Positions 50,271 to 63,613 are shown, counted from the first letter of the stretch. The stretch is DNA of 64,000 nucleotides from Podarcis gaigeae (GCA_964106915.2 OZ066917.1), one strand, 5' to 3'. Notes: a model not told the origin generated them from the letters alone. A program made the numbers and translations.

Positions 50271-51068
50271 TGTTGGAATAGCCAAGCCAGTGTCTTGGTA
50301 AGCTAATGCCCCCCTACCTATGGGTTATTAGGGTAATATAGGAAGTGACTTTGTGCCAGAGGGTAAAGAGGGGGTCCCCCTCCGTCTTCTGGCTGTTGGT
50401 GAGAAGGACAAGGGCCAGAGGTGTGTGAGAGCTAGGCCAGAAGCATGCTGCAGGCAGAAGCCCAAGAGCAGGGGTCCCCAAACTAAGGTCCATGGGTTGG
50501 ATAAGGCCCGAGGGACTCATTTATCTGGCCCGCGGCGACCCCCGCTGCCCGTTGCAGCCACCTGCTCTTACCAGCCCAGCCCGGCGCTGCATGGCTGCCC
50601 ATTTCCGGGTTGGAGGAGCACCGGAAATAGTTTGTGCGTATGCGCAAGTGTTATTTCCGGTGCACATCCAGGTCGGAGGAGGCCTGTGCACATGCACATG
50701 AGCTATTTCCAGTGCTCCTCCGACCTGGAAGTGTGCCATAAATAGCATATGGGCCCATGCTCCCCCGCCCTCCGGCCCACCGTGCAATCGGCCCGAGGCA
50801 TGGTAAATTTTTTGACCCCTGCCCAAGAGGGAGAGGCATGCTTGATTTCTGCTTGAATCCAAGGCTGTGAGAGAAGCAAAACTTTATTGAGTGTTAATGC
50901 TGTGAGCCCCTCCATCACAGGCTCAGGTTGTCTATACCTGTAAATTAACCATATATCCTATAGACATCGCAGTCTCCACTGTTCCTCATTCCAAGGAAAC
51001 TGAACTCTGGGTAAGTGCCTGGAACCCCTGGAATCTTGTACCGCTCAGAGATTGGGGTTATGTGCAAC
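50271..51068 (+). mobile_element. Possible solo LTR, interrupted by a hAT element
   Basis: Begins TGTTG and ends near GTGCAAC; TSD not clean. Confidence 0.35.
50469..50821. mobile_element. hAT(Charlie-like) non-autonomous element
   Basis: TIRs CAGGGGTC / GACCCCTG; perfect TSD cccaagag; internal inverted repeat. Confidence 0.9.
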
Positions 51069-52110
51069 TGTATCCTTTGTGAGCCAGAGCGTTTCCTACG
51101 GAACTTCCCTGCCTGCAGTGCAGGAGTAAAGGACAGTTCAGTGTTTGCTTGTGTGATTAAAGCTTGCTGGGGTAAACCTATCATAAAGCCTTCATTTTCT
51201 ATAAAGAGTTATCGCCTTAAGCACACTGAACTTCGAGACAAGCCCAGTTGAACTGAATGTGACTAGTGAACTGAAGTAGAAGTACTTGTTTGCTTGCTGG
51301 TTAAATGTTACCAATAGACAGTATTTGCTTTTTACCTCCTTCTTCCTAATCTTTTATTTATTTATTTTTTACATCAGATGTGAGGGAAACCATTTGAACT
51401 CTGCAGGTCAGTTCCTTAGTACCAACCTTGAAAATCGGTGGAACAATCTACCTGTCAATCACATGGCATTATGATGATGCCAGATGACTGGTGTGTGGGT
51501 TGTCTCGCCTACCTGTCAAAATATTCTGTGCAGTTCCCAAGCATCTGACAACTGAATGTCAGGCACTTGGGAACCCCGGCATAAAAGGTTTTGCCAGCCC
51601 TATGCTCTCTTAGGAAGCTTGGTGCCGCACTGGGCACAGCAGTTCTCACCCAACAGTCAGGTGGCTGTCAGGCACTTCAGAACCTCTGTGAAAAGCAGCA
51701 AAGAGTAGGCCTTGGCTCTCTTGCCCATCGACTGATGGAAAAGAGGGTCAAAGCCTGCTTCCCCTTGCAAATGCACAGTTGGAAGCACACTTTAAGGCTC
51801 TTGGTTGTGTCTTGGCAGTCGTGTCCCTACCTGCCCCCATGCCTGGCATTGCATATGAAACCAGTTGGTTCATTGCAAGCACCAGCTGTGACTCAGTGCA
51901 ACATCATTTATTCCACCTTAAAAGTGTTTCCACATCAGCATTGCTCATCCCTGCAAGTTTTCTGCAAGGCCAATACATGTCAGGCCTCAGGGAATCAGCT
52001 TCCTCCCTCCTTGGCAGTAGATAAGCAGAACAAAATAAAAGGACTCTTCTTCTTCCCAGCTTTTCCCTTCTGAACTATACCCCTCCGCAAACCACTGTTC
52101 TAAATCTATA

Positions 52111-52335
52111 CAGTGGTACCTTGGGTTACAGACGCTTCAGGTTACAGATGCTTCAGGTTACAGACTCTGCTAACCCAGAAATAGTACCTTGGGTTAAGAA
52201 CTTTGCTTCAGGATAAGAGCAGAAATCGCGTGGTGGGAAGCCCCATTAGCTAAAGTGGTACCTCAGGTTAAGAACAGTTTCAGGTTAAGAAGGAACCTCC
52301 AGAACGAATTAAGTTCTTAACCCAAGGTATCACTG
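52111..52335 (+). mobile_element. MITE family A, copy 8
   Basis: Same TIRs with minor changes, TA TSD. Confidence 0.9.
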
Positions 52336-53689
52336 TATTGTCTTCCTGCTGCTGGGGAGATTCAGGGTGGGGGGAGGAGGAGGCTCCCACCATGCCTCCT
52401 CATTGTAGCCCTCCTCAGCACAGTCCCTGACAACACGACACCATCAGCATCAAAATACCAGTTTTGTATCCTCTCCACTTTAATCTGGATTTAAACTTTC
52501 TGAAAATCCATTAAGTTAAAAAACCACGCCTGTGGTCAGCTGTAATATCTGAAGGGCCCATTTGTGACATTAAGCCCCTCTTTGGAAGCACCATGGGAGT
52601 TGTGTGAGCTGACACACTGAATTGTAGTTCGTATGCTTAGCATAGTACTTGCAATAGTTTCTGTATTTACCTGAATAAAGACATGAAAAGAATTCATTCT
52701 TTGGAGAGTATTTTTAAGCACAATGCCAGTGTGAAGATCAAACTCTTGGGATTCATTGAGCTCTGACTGTGGGTATTACATTAACCAAAAGATTGGAGAG
52801 TCTCAGCTCCCCATACTAGCATCAATATTTACAATCAAGGTTTCTTCAGCTATTTGATTTTTTTTTTTAAATTGAAGCTGAGAGTCTAGGGTGACCAGTT
52901 ATGCATCACTAGAAGAGAGGGTTTGCATTATGTCGCTCCAAAACATTATGTCACAGACAATTGGCATAAAATTGGCACATGATAATTTAAATGTGTAGAT
53001 GCTAATTTAGAAATGATTATTATAATTTAAATAGAAATATAATACTTCTCACCATAGAGAGGGAGGGTATCAGGTGACGTGTGCCTTCTCAGTCTGCTGA
53101 CCAGATGTTGCTAAGTATTGATGGGCAACTTCAAGGCTCTCCCTTGTTATAGTTCCTTATAAGAGCCCTCAAATGGAGGACACCTTCGAAGACCGAACTG
53201 TCCTCTCAAGAGTCCTTCAGAACAGATGGCTATCCTTTATTGGGAAAATGGTCACCTTTTGAGAGTCTCAGGGTGCTGAATATTGACCTCATTGCAACGC
53301 TTTTACTAAATCACAACCCAATTTAGTCCTTTTTACCCAGAACGTTGACGGTTATAAACCTCTATATATGGAATGTAGTCTGCATAACTTACACATGCTT
53401 TCTGCACTTGAGATGCTGGGATCAATCAGGTACTTCAGAGCAATAAACATTTAAGGGAGAAGTGCATGTTAATTTAGGGACAAGTGTCATAAGAAAAAAA
53501 TGAGTACAAATTGATTTCTTAGTCATTAACCCAGGTCTGCCCATTGAATTCAACACTCATTCAGGCTTAGGGGCTTGGAATTCTCTTGGCAGCCATATTA
53601 TTTTCCCAGAATGCCCTGGGCATTGCTTCATTCTGTTGCATTCTGGGAAAGGCAGCAGCTGCCAGGAGGGGCTGTTCCCCACCCCCAGC

Positions 53690-55908
53690 TAATAACATAA
53701 GAAGAGCCCTCGCTGGAGCAGACCAAAGGCCTATCAAGTGCAGTTTCTTCTTTCCTGCTGTGGCCAAACAGAAGCCAGTGGGAAGCCGACAAGTAGCCTT
53801 ATAATAATAATAATAATAATAATTTATTATTTATACCCCGCCCATCTGGCTGAGTTTTCCCCAGCCACTCTGGGCGGCTCCCAATCAGTGTTAAAAACCG
53901 TACGGCATTACATATTAAAAACTTCCCTGAACAGGGCTGCCTTAAGATGTCTTCTGAATGTCAGGTAATTCTTTATCTCTTTGACATCTGATGGGAGGGC
54001 GTTCCACAGGGCGGGCGCCGCTACCGAGAAGGCCCTCTGTCTGGTTCCCTGTAGCCTCACTTCTCGCAATGAGGGAACCGCCAGAAGGCCCTGGGCGCTG
54101 GATCTCAGAGTCCGGGCTGAACGATGGGGGTGGAGACGCTCCTTCAGGTATACAGGACCGAGGCCGTTTAGGGTTTTAAAGGTCAGCACCAACACTTTGA
54201 ATCGTGCTCGGAAACGTACTGGGAGCCAATGCAGATCTCTCAGAACCGGTGTTATGTGGTCCCGGCGGCCACTCCCAGTCACCAGTCTCGCTGCCGCATT
54301 CTGGATTAATTGCAGTTTCCGGGTCACCTTCAAAGGTAGCCCCACGTAGAGCGCGTTGCAGTAGTCCAAGCGTGAGATAACTAGAGCATGCACCACTCTG
54401 GCGAGACAGTCCGCGGGGAGGTAGGGTCTTAGCCTGCGTACCAGGTGGAGCTGGTAGACAGCTGCCCTGGACACAGAGTTAATCTGCGCCTCCATGGACA
54501 GCTGTGAGTCCAAAATGACTCCCAGGCTGCGCACCTGGTCCTTCAGGGGCACAGTTACCCCATTCAGGACCAGGGAATCCTCCACACCTGCCCGCCTCCT
54601 GTCCCCCCAAAACAGTACTTCTGTCTTGTCAGGATTCAACCTCAATCTGTTAGCCGCCATCCAACCTCCAACCGCCTCCAGGCACTCACACAGGACCTTC
54701 ACCGCCTTCACTGGTTCTGATTTAAAGGAGAGGTAGAGCTGGGTGTCATCTGCATACTGATGAACACCCAGTCCAAACCCCCTGATGATCTCTCCCAGCG
54801 GCTTCATATAGATATTAAAAAGCATGGGGGAGAGGACAGAACCCTGAGGCACCCCACAAGTGAGAGCCCAGGGGTCTGAACACTCACCCCCACCACCACT
54901 TTCTGGACACGGCCCAGGAGGAAGGAGCGGAACCACTGTATGACAGTGCCCCCAGCTCCCAGCCCCTCTAGACGGTCCAGAAGGATGTTATGGTCGATGG
55001 TGTCAAAGGCCACTGAGAGATCCAGCAGAACTAGGAAACAGCTCTCACCTTTGTCCCTAGCCCGCCGGAGATCATCAACCAGCGCGACCAAGGCAGTTTC
55101 AGTCCCATGGTGAGGCCTGAATCCCGATTGGAAGGGATCCAAATGGTCCGTTTCCTCCAGGCGTGCTTGGAGTTGTTCAGCAACCACCCGCTCAATCACC
55201 TTGCCCAAGAATGGCAGATTTGAGACTGGGCGATAGTTGGCCAAATTGGCCGGGTCTAAAGATGTTTTTTTAAGAAGTGGTTTAATGACCGCCTCTTTCA
55301 GCGGGTCTGGGAAGGCTCCCTCACAGAGGGAAGCATTCACCACTCCACAGAGCCCATCGCCCAGCCCTTCCCGGCTCGCTTTTATCAGCCAGGATGGGCA
55401 AGGATCAAGGAGACAGGTGGTCGGTTTCACTCGTCCAAGCAGCCTGTCCACATCCTCGGAGGTAACAGATTGGAATTGATCCCATGTAACAGGACCAGAC
55501 AGAACTCTAGCACTCTCCCGCCCTGGCCCTGCTCCCACAGTGGAGTCTACCTCCTTCTGAATCTGAGCGATTTTATCTGCAAAAAACTTTGCAAAAGCAT
55601 TGCAGGAGATCTTGGGGTCCCTACCAGTCCCCGGTGGTACAGGTGGTTCTGATAGATTGCGAACCACCTGAAAAAGTCTCCTGCTGCTGTTTTCTGCAGA
55701 TGCTTCTCTGATCTTGGAGGTGGCATGCAGCCACCATTTCTCATAGCCAGTGTTAGCCATTAATCTCCATGAATTTGTCTAGTCTCCTTTTAAGGCTGTC
55801 CAAGTTGGAGGTTACCACCACATATTTTGTTAGCAAATTCCATAGTTAAACTGTGCACTGTGTGAAGAAGTGCTTCCTTTTGTCTGTCCTCAAAGTCTTC
55901 CAGCGTTC
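53690..55908 (-). mobile_element. CR1 3' fragment split by the L2 insertion (CR1 parts 53690-53800 and ~55704-55908)
   Basis: Both flanks align to the reverse complement of the CR1 at 46830-47101. Confidence 0.65.
53801..55703 (-). mobile_element. Young 5'-truncated L2 LINE; RT ORF broken by one frameshift
   Basis: ORFs 54804-55760 and 53908-54936 give NYRPVSNLPFL, QSGFRPHHGTETAL, LDLSVAFDTIDH, GVPQGSVLSP, QYADDTQLY; (ATT)n tail at 53801-53823; 1-bp loss near 54886. Confidence 0.92.
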
Positions 55909-56048
55909 AGGCCCCATCTGCACTATTGCTGAAGCCAGGGAGCAGCTGCACTTTAAACCATTTTATTCCTACTAAAAGCCTGAATATTAAAAAATAAATA
56001 AAAAATTGATTTCCTAAGTAACTCCACACAATGGAATCAATGGGGAAA

Positions 56049-56051
<3 letters not shown>

Positions 56052-56084
<33 letters not shown>
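56052..56084. repeat. (CT)n microsatellite
   Basis: Direct observation. Confidence 0.95.
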
Positions 56085-56087
<3 letters not shown>

Positions 56088-56451
56088 AAACAAATAAACA
56101 AGTAAATTGAATTGGCCTTGAAGGCATCCAGAACATTTGGACAATCAAAGTTTAGCTGGACGAATGTAATTCTAAATGGAAGACATTTAGTTAAAATAGA
56201 CATCAGCTGTGGATGACAAAGCCTTGAATAATATTTCCATTGCAATCATAGTATGTTGCCATCTATTAATGTGGTAACAGGGATTCAAATAGTCTGAGTC
56301 ATGGCTGTACCACCCTAGTACTATCATGTATTCAAATCTTTTGTTTACTCTATTTAACAATTAACATCAACAAACTTGCAGAACAACCTTAGGCATCATA
56401 ACCGGATCTGCTATTAGGTAGACTGAGATGCCTGAAACCTCCAAGGCTTGG

Positions 56452-57767
56452 TATGCCCTCCAACATTTCTCCAACGAAAATAGGGACATCCCAGCCACTC
56501 TGGGCAGCTTCCAACATATATAAAAACATAATACAACATTCAACATTAAAAAAACTTCCTTATACAGGATTGCCTTCAGATGGTTGGGGGTCAGATAATT
56601 CCATACCCTCCAACATTTCTCCAATGAAAATAGGGACATTTCAGGATCAAATCAGAAACTGGGATGAAAAAACTAGGGTTCCAGGTGGAGAAATTGAAGT
56701 TGGAGACAGAATTGTTAGAACCAAAGACTAAGGTACTATCAAGAATGTATAACTTGCTGTTAAAATGGAACACACAAGACAAAATGGTTAAATCTGCTAT
56801 GATAAAGTGGGCACAGGATATTGGGCATAACATTATGTTTGAGGACTGGGAAAGGTTGTGGACCACTGGGCTGAACTTCACTGCATGTAATGCTTTGAAG
56901 GAAAATGTAATGAAAATGATATATAGATGGTACATGACCCCAGTTAAACTTGCCAAAATATACCATTCATCTGATAATAAATGTTGGAAGTGTAAAGAAA
57001 ATGAAGGAACATTCTTTCACCTCTGGTGGACTTGCCCTAAAGTGAAGACCTTCTGGGAAATGATATATAATGAGTTGAAAAAGGTATTTAAGTATACCTT
57101 CACTAAGAAACCAGAGGCCTTCCTCCTGGGTATTGTGGGCCAGAAGGTGTTAAAGAAGGACCGAACATTTTTTATGTACGCAACAACAGCAGCAAGGATA
57201 CTCATTGCCAAGAATTGGAAGACTCAAGATCTACCCACACTGGAAGAATGGCAGATGCAGCTGATAGACTATATGCAACTGGCAGAGATGACCGGCAGAA
57301 TCCGAGACCTGGGAGAAGAAAGGATTGAAGAAGATTGGAAGAAATTTAAAATTTATTTACAAAAATATTGTAACTTGATTGAATGTTAGGAAGGATGCTT
57401 GATCATAAATAATTGGCCACCACTAAACTAGATTGGAATTTGATGATAAGTGAGATTAAGGAAAAGACAAACCCTTTGGGAGAACTATTAGATTATATTG
57501 AAACGAGTGGATATAAGATTGCAAACAAGATGATAATTTGCTTGGAAAAACTTTTCAACAATGTAAGTGGGAGCAGGAGACGTGAGGAAGTCTAAACAAG
57601 TTATGAAATTTTGTTATGATATAAGCAATGTTGTTTGTTACTTATGCTTTTCTTTTACAAAAACCTTAATAAATATTTATATATATATATAAAAAACAAA
57701 TCAGAAACTGGGATGGCTTCTCTAAATCAGGGGCATCCCAGGAAAATAGGGACACTTGGAGGGTCTG
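56452..57767. mobile_element. Composite MITE-like element (termini CCCTCCAA / TTGGAGGG) with a duplicated left end and an L2 3'-tail fragment; host of the L1 insertion
   Basis: ccctccaacatttctccaa(c/t)gaaaatagggacat occurs at ~56456 and ~56606; between them cccagccactctgggc matches the L2 tail near 53859. Confidence 0.6.
56667..57696 (+). mobile_element. Young 5'-truncated L1 (ORF2 C-terminus, 3'UTR, tail)
   Basis: Uninterrupted ORF with CCHC knuckle CWKCKENEGTFFHLWWTC; AATAAA at 57668; perfect 19-bp TSD caaatcagaaactgggatg (56648-56666 / 57697-57715). Confidence 0.92.
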
Positions 57768-60700
57768 CAAGGCAGTCGCCCCATAGGTACCCTGCCTGCC
57801 CTGCCACCTCCACCACTGGCATCAAATGTGGCTGAAACTGCTTCCAAAACTGTGTGTGATCTTGCAGAGCACACGAGATCTTACACAGTTTTTCAGAAGA
57901 AAGTCCAGGAAACGTTTGTGGGCTTTGCTCCAGAGGGTTGGGGGAGAGGGGCTTTGGAATGGGAGAATCAACGAAAGCGGCCTCCCTCCCCATTCTGCTG
58001 CTAGAAGGTTCTGTTCTGCCAGTATGAGGGATACAAATGGCTATAACTCAGGGATAGAATATAAATTAACAAAGTCATAACCAAACAAAGAACGAGAAGA
58101 AGAACAAAGCACTTTCAAAGTCAGCCGAATAAGCTTTCCTTGTTTTTATGAGTAAGGTCAGAGTGTCACTGTTTCTAATAATATAACCCGCCTTGAACAG
58201 CAGCACTGCAAAAATATTTGAGGTCTGGTCATTGCACCTGTTGTCAAATAAAAATTGTGTGCATTTCTTTGATAGAGAATAGTTTGCCCTGACTTGTCTC
58301 TTTTGGGGTCATGTTTTGTTAGGTGTGGGTGAAAGGTTGATGCTTTTTGTGAAGTGAACAAGTGCAGTCATGTATGCCTGTGCTTCTAGTTTTGGTGTTT
58401 GACAAGAGGTTGCATCAGTGTCACCCTCCCAAATTTTTCTCCCACTGCCTCCCAAAAAAGTTAATTGGAAAAACAGCCCCGGCTCTTTATTTGCCTAGCA
58501 TCCTATTGCAACACTTAAGGTTTTCCTCCAACACTTTTAAGGTTTACTAATGAAAATCATGGCAATTTCTAACAAAGATTTTTTTTTTAAAAAAGAACAC
58601 ATTCTCAGAAGAATAATCATGATAAAAGCCGAGTGAAGTATCATCAAATATGAACTGGAGTCAGAACGTCAAGGCTGTTGCAGTGGAACTTGTAGCAAAA
58701 ATGTTTGGGATCAATGTGTCAGGTTTGCAAGCCCATGTTTTGACTTTCATTTATAACTGTGGAGAGTCCTTAGCTTCTTCTTCAGGATCCCTTGACTTTG
58801 GGTTTCAAGCACGTATGACTTTTCAATGTCCTTCCAGTTTTATTGAGTTTCATATATATTTCTCTTATTTCTTTCAAAAATGTAAATGCCAACTTCTAGG
58901 TTAATATATGTCACCCTCTCAAGGTGACATATATCACAGCTACAATATACAGGTTGCCTCCATACTATCAGTATTTTGGATTTGATCGTGAGCTGTTAGT
59001 GGAGTTTGTGAGCTACCTTGGGCATCAGAAATGTGGGAAGGGCTTTTAAATACACATTAACAAGAATGTGGGCCTTGTAAACAAAACACCTTCTAGTTAA
59101 GAATACTCGTTGTTTATTTAAAAAAAGGCTAGAAAAAACTTAAAGGATATGAATCAGAGCAAACATTCTCATACTTAGAATATCTATACAAATCAATGAC
59201 ATTGAATGAGATACTTTGTGATCATTCTGCAATTGTGTGCATTTAAGATGCAACGAGAACAGGCTAATCATGGATCCCTAGTAAAGGGATCCCCACATTT
59301 CACGTTTCCTAGTGGGCCAGCTCCTTCAGACAATTAATTGTTATTGTCTGATTAATCCTTTTCTTCTGGTTCCTTACCCCTTTTGTGTTTTGTTTTGTTA
59401 AACTGTAAGCTAGTGGCAAAGACAATGTTAGGTGCTTTAAAATGATGCTGATCATCATCATCATTATAATTGAAATATCTTCTCTACAGTCCCAACCAAT
59501 TTGCAAAGCAAAAGAACTTGGAAGAGAGACTAGGCCGAGTGTGGGTCTCACAGCTAATGTGCCCCATTCATCTGGCATATGACCCTTCTTCCATCTGCCT
59601 CTGCTTATCTCATGCCAGAGCCTCCCCAGCTAAGCCAGACTTCCCTTCTGATCGCATCCATTACAACTGGCAGGAAACTGTTTCAAAGGCAGTATTACTA
59701 CCTGAGCCATACTGGCAAAAGCTGTGTCAATCTGCTGTAGAAAAAGTAAACAAATGTAAATACACCTTTTCCAGTTCTATCCTGAAACAACCCTGCTGAC
59801 AGAATGTTGCAGAGACCGGGCTTGCTTCCAGAGAGGGATGGGAAAATCTGTCAATTTCAGTTTCTCTCAGTTTCTCATTTTCCCAATCTGAAGTTCAGTT
59901 CTCCACGTATCCACATCAGTTTGTGTGTTTTTTTTTAAAGGTCCTCATGAAAATTCCTCAGCAATTTTTCATAATAGATATGTTCGTATACTTTTGCCTA
60001 AGATATACTTTTTTTGCAGAACAGTTTCCCTTACAATATATTTTCACTAATATATGATTTTTGTATGTGTGCACACTTCACTCCAGTGCATACATTTTTG
60101 TACATGTTACTTGGCTGGAGAACTGGCTAGAAAAATCTGGAAGAGTGCAAATTTTGTAGGATGGAAATTGCAGAATGCATAAAATGTATATATTCCCCAC
60201 CAAAGAGACACAAAACTTTCAGTTTGTGCACTGTTTCAGAAAGTGTGAATTAGGTGGGTGAATTGATTCCCCACCCCCACCCTCTGGCATCCCTAGTTCC
60301 TTGATTCTTTGGCTGTGTTCTACCTAGAAAATAGTAAGGTGCCTTTCCTCCTTTCTCCCTGAAGAGGAGTTTCAGCATTGGCATGCGCCAGAATTCCAGT
60401 GCATGCTGGAAGCATTTCAGTTCTCTTTGGCCTTTCCTGGCCATCGATGTCTGTCACTGCAGAACTTTAAATATTTTTTGACCACCTGGTTGTTATTTAC
60501 TGATTTTTTTGGGTTGCAATTTTTAAATTGTTTTCATTGTTGTTATAATGCTGTAAGGTGAAGGGCAGGCAATAATTAATAAATTAATTATATTACTTTT
60601 AATTGTGTGTTTTTTCTGCTGCATGTTATGATTTGTAATGCATCACCATGCAATGCAACTGATGCTGCAAATGTGCATTTAATTGAATAAACCTATATGC

Positions 60701-63560
60701 AAAAGAGCAGACAGCCCCCTTGAAGTGTGAGAGAGGACCAAGAGAGATGGTTGAGTCTGCAGTGGAATCCCGAGCTAGTATGCCTGACAGATGGGTGCAG
60801 GAGGTTCTGATTCATATGTACATCATCATGAACCCATCGTATCTTTCCTTTCAACTGTGTGTCCAAGGCACTGAAATTGCACTGCTGATCATTAGCATCT
60901 GCTTATGATATTTGGGTGAATAACTAAATCCCAGCTGGAGTGAACAAGAAGTCTCAGCAGTTGACAGGTTAAGTAAAGGATTTCAATGTACATTGAGAGA
61001 GCTGCACTATGGCTGCATCTTTGCCTGATCTGGCAGGTCATTAGTGCATGGCAAGCTTTGCCCAGAATTGATTGGGACTTGGAGTGACTCACCAGAGAGC
61101 TGGAGCACATAAGACAAGCTCTCTGCATAGGAGAAAGTGCTTACTGCCCTGCTAGAGCCAATCTCTTGGTGAGTAGACTGCCTTATGGTAGACCTGGCAT
61201 CAGAACCAGAATTCACTTAGTCCTGGGTGAGGATTAATCATGCACTCTCATAGGCAGCTTACTCACAGTTAAGCTGTCCTAAAGTGGAGTTGGCATGATT
61301 ACAGGCAACCCTGGTTCATTAGGGGCAATGGACTGGGGGGGGGGAGTGCCCAGGGGAAGAAAACATCAAGAAGACAGTGCCATAAAGCCATCATTGACTT
61401 GAAAGCAAAAGCAAATATGATTGCACAAAGTAAGTCTTCTTTATCAGATAAGCAGTGTTGATATGGCATTTCCCCTTTGCCACCCATTTGTATTTCAGTC
61501 CAATGACTTGGCTGAATGATGTGCAAATGTCAGTGCTCCATGTTCATACCTTCATACAAAGAACCTGATTGTGCTACTGTTGCGTGTGCATATAGTCAAG
61601 TCAATTGGTCTTGTAATATGAGAAAGTACAGGCCTAGTTAAGGTCAGCAATAGTGCCAACTGTAAGAAACATTTCCAGATGTCTCTTCTTAAAGGGGCAT
61701 CACTTATGCTAGGGGGAAGTATCTATTTTTGCTGCTTTCTAACAGCATGTAATATGCATATTTGTAATTTATTTTTTGGTGCTGCCTTGCTCCAATGACA
61801 GTCTTGTTTGGACCATGCAACTCCATATTGCCACTGTAAAAGCAAGCAACTGATTCCAAGGGGGAGCATAAAATCTTAACTAAGATTACATCAAGTGTTG
61901 TGGATGCATGGGCAAATCTTGTTTTGCAGCCCAGGTTTATAACCTGTGCCACTGAAAGTGCTTAACTCATGATTGAATAGAGAAGGCAAACATGCTCTTT
62001 GAAGATCTTTGTCTTGAAAAGAGGACAATTTGATACTTAAAAAGGAACATCTGGGTACTAGGTGATTTCTTCCTCATACCACCAGGCACAGCAAAGACAA
62101 AACAGGTTTGGCACCATATGTGATGAGGGAACTGACGTGTATAAGAAGAGGTAGACAAAAGACTTTGCCAGGGGCTTATAATGTACCATGCAGAGCTAGT
62201 TCAATAATATGTGTCTGGTTGTAAAAGTTAATGAGGGGGTTGTTTGCACCGGCCACACCGAATTCACTATTAGTGGAATTTGCAAAACTGTGTGAGTCCA
62301 GGATTTAAATACTTGCCTATGGGTAGGTAAATCACATCAACAATTTGGAGTATGAACAAACAGAAAACCAGGTGGGATGGGTAATGGAATGGAGTATCCT
62401 GCAACATTTGCTGCAGGTACCATTTTTTAATACTCTTAGGAGATTGTGAGCACCCTCTGTTCAGTACTGGAGTGCACAATGGGCTTGGAATGTTTCTTTT
62501 AAAACACAAAACAAAAAAGATTCCTTCCAGTAAAAGACAGACAGTGTGGCCACTTCTGTGCAATGACTATTCTCCCTCCTCTGCATTTTCTCTTTGATGT
62601 GAATGTTGACCTATTGCCTTTGAGTAGAGATGTGTAGGAGTATCACACAAATAGCATACTGCCAAAGACTAATGCATTTTGTCAGGTTCTGGCTTTGCAA
62701 AGAGTCTGCCACACAGTGCTCATAATCTGCCCAATTCTGCACTGGCTTCATTCCTGGCTTGCCACATTCCTTATCCATGTATCACTTTGTATTTATGTTT
62801 TAGGCTAATAGATCCCATGGGAGAGCTTCATAGGGAAGAGATGATTACAGGTATCATTACTAACACTAAGAGGAAGGTGCAGAAACAGCACAAGTGCAGC
62901 ACATTTAAAGATTTAAAATTATTTCAGCTTAGCCTTTGCTAAGATGATGCCCTCCAGAAGCTTTGGACTACAACTCCCATCAGCCTCTGCTGGTTCAGAC
63001 CAATGTGAGTTGTAACCCAAAACTTCTAGAGGGCACCAGCTTAGCAAAGGCAGATAAGCATAATATGAGCAATCTCGACAAAAGGATGAGTATTACTATC
63101 TCTATGTTACAAATGAGAAGCTGATAGATAGTCAAAAGATAGTCATTTGCCAAAAGATAGTCATCATTGTGTGGTTCAGGTGAGGTTTGTACTTCCAGGA
63201 TACATTTTGGCTGGCATTGTTAGGACCAGCAGACAGCCTTTTACCTGTGTCACATCTGGCGGAGGCTGGTATATTTGGGCAAGTGGGGCATTGCCCCAAT
63301 CAAACACTATCTGCCCCTCAGCCAGCCCTCACCTGCCTCCCTTCTTACTTGCAACCAGTCCAGGGGGCAGCACACTGCCTGCCAGCTTCCTCCTCCTTAA
63401 TCTCAGTGTTGCTCTTATAGAAGTCAAATGAGAGGAGGATGAGGATGAAACTTCAGTTAGAAGGCTCCTCCTGGTGTTGACTCTGGCTCCGCCTCCTATT
63501 GGGCTCCCTGCTTTCTGCCCCACCAGTCCCAATGGGCACTTTCCACCACTGACCACTTCT

Positions 63561-63565
<5 letters not shown>

Positions 63566-63613
<48 letters not shown>
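63566..63613. repeat. (GA)n microsatellite
   Basis: Direct observation. Confidence 0.95.

Noticed and set aside
53981-55652. Plus-strand ORFs within L2
   Set aside because: Antisense shadows of the L2 RT frame
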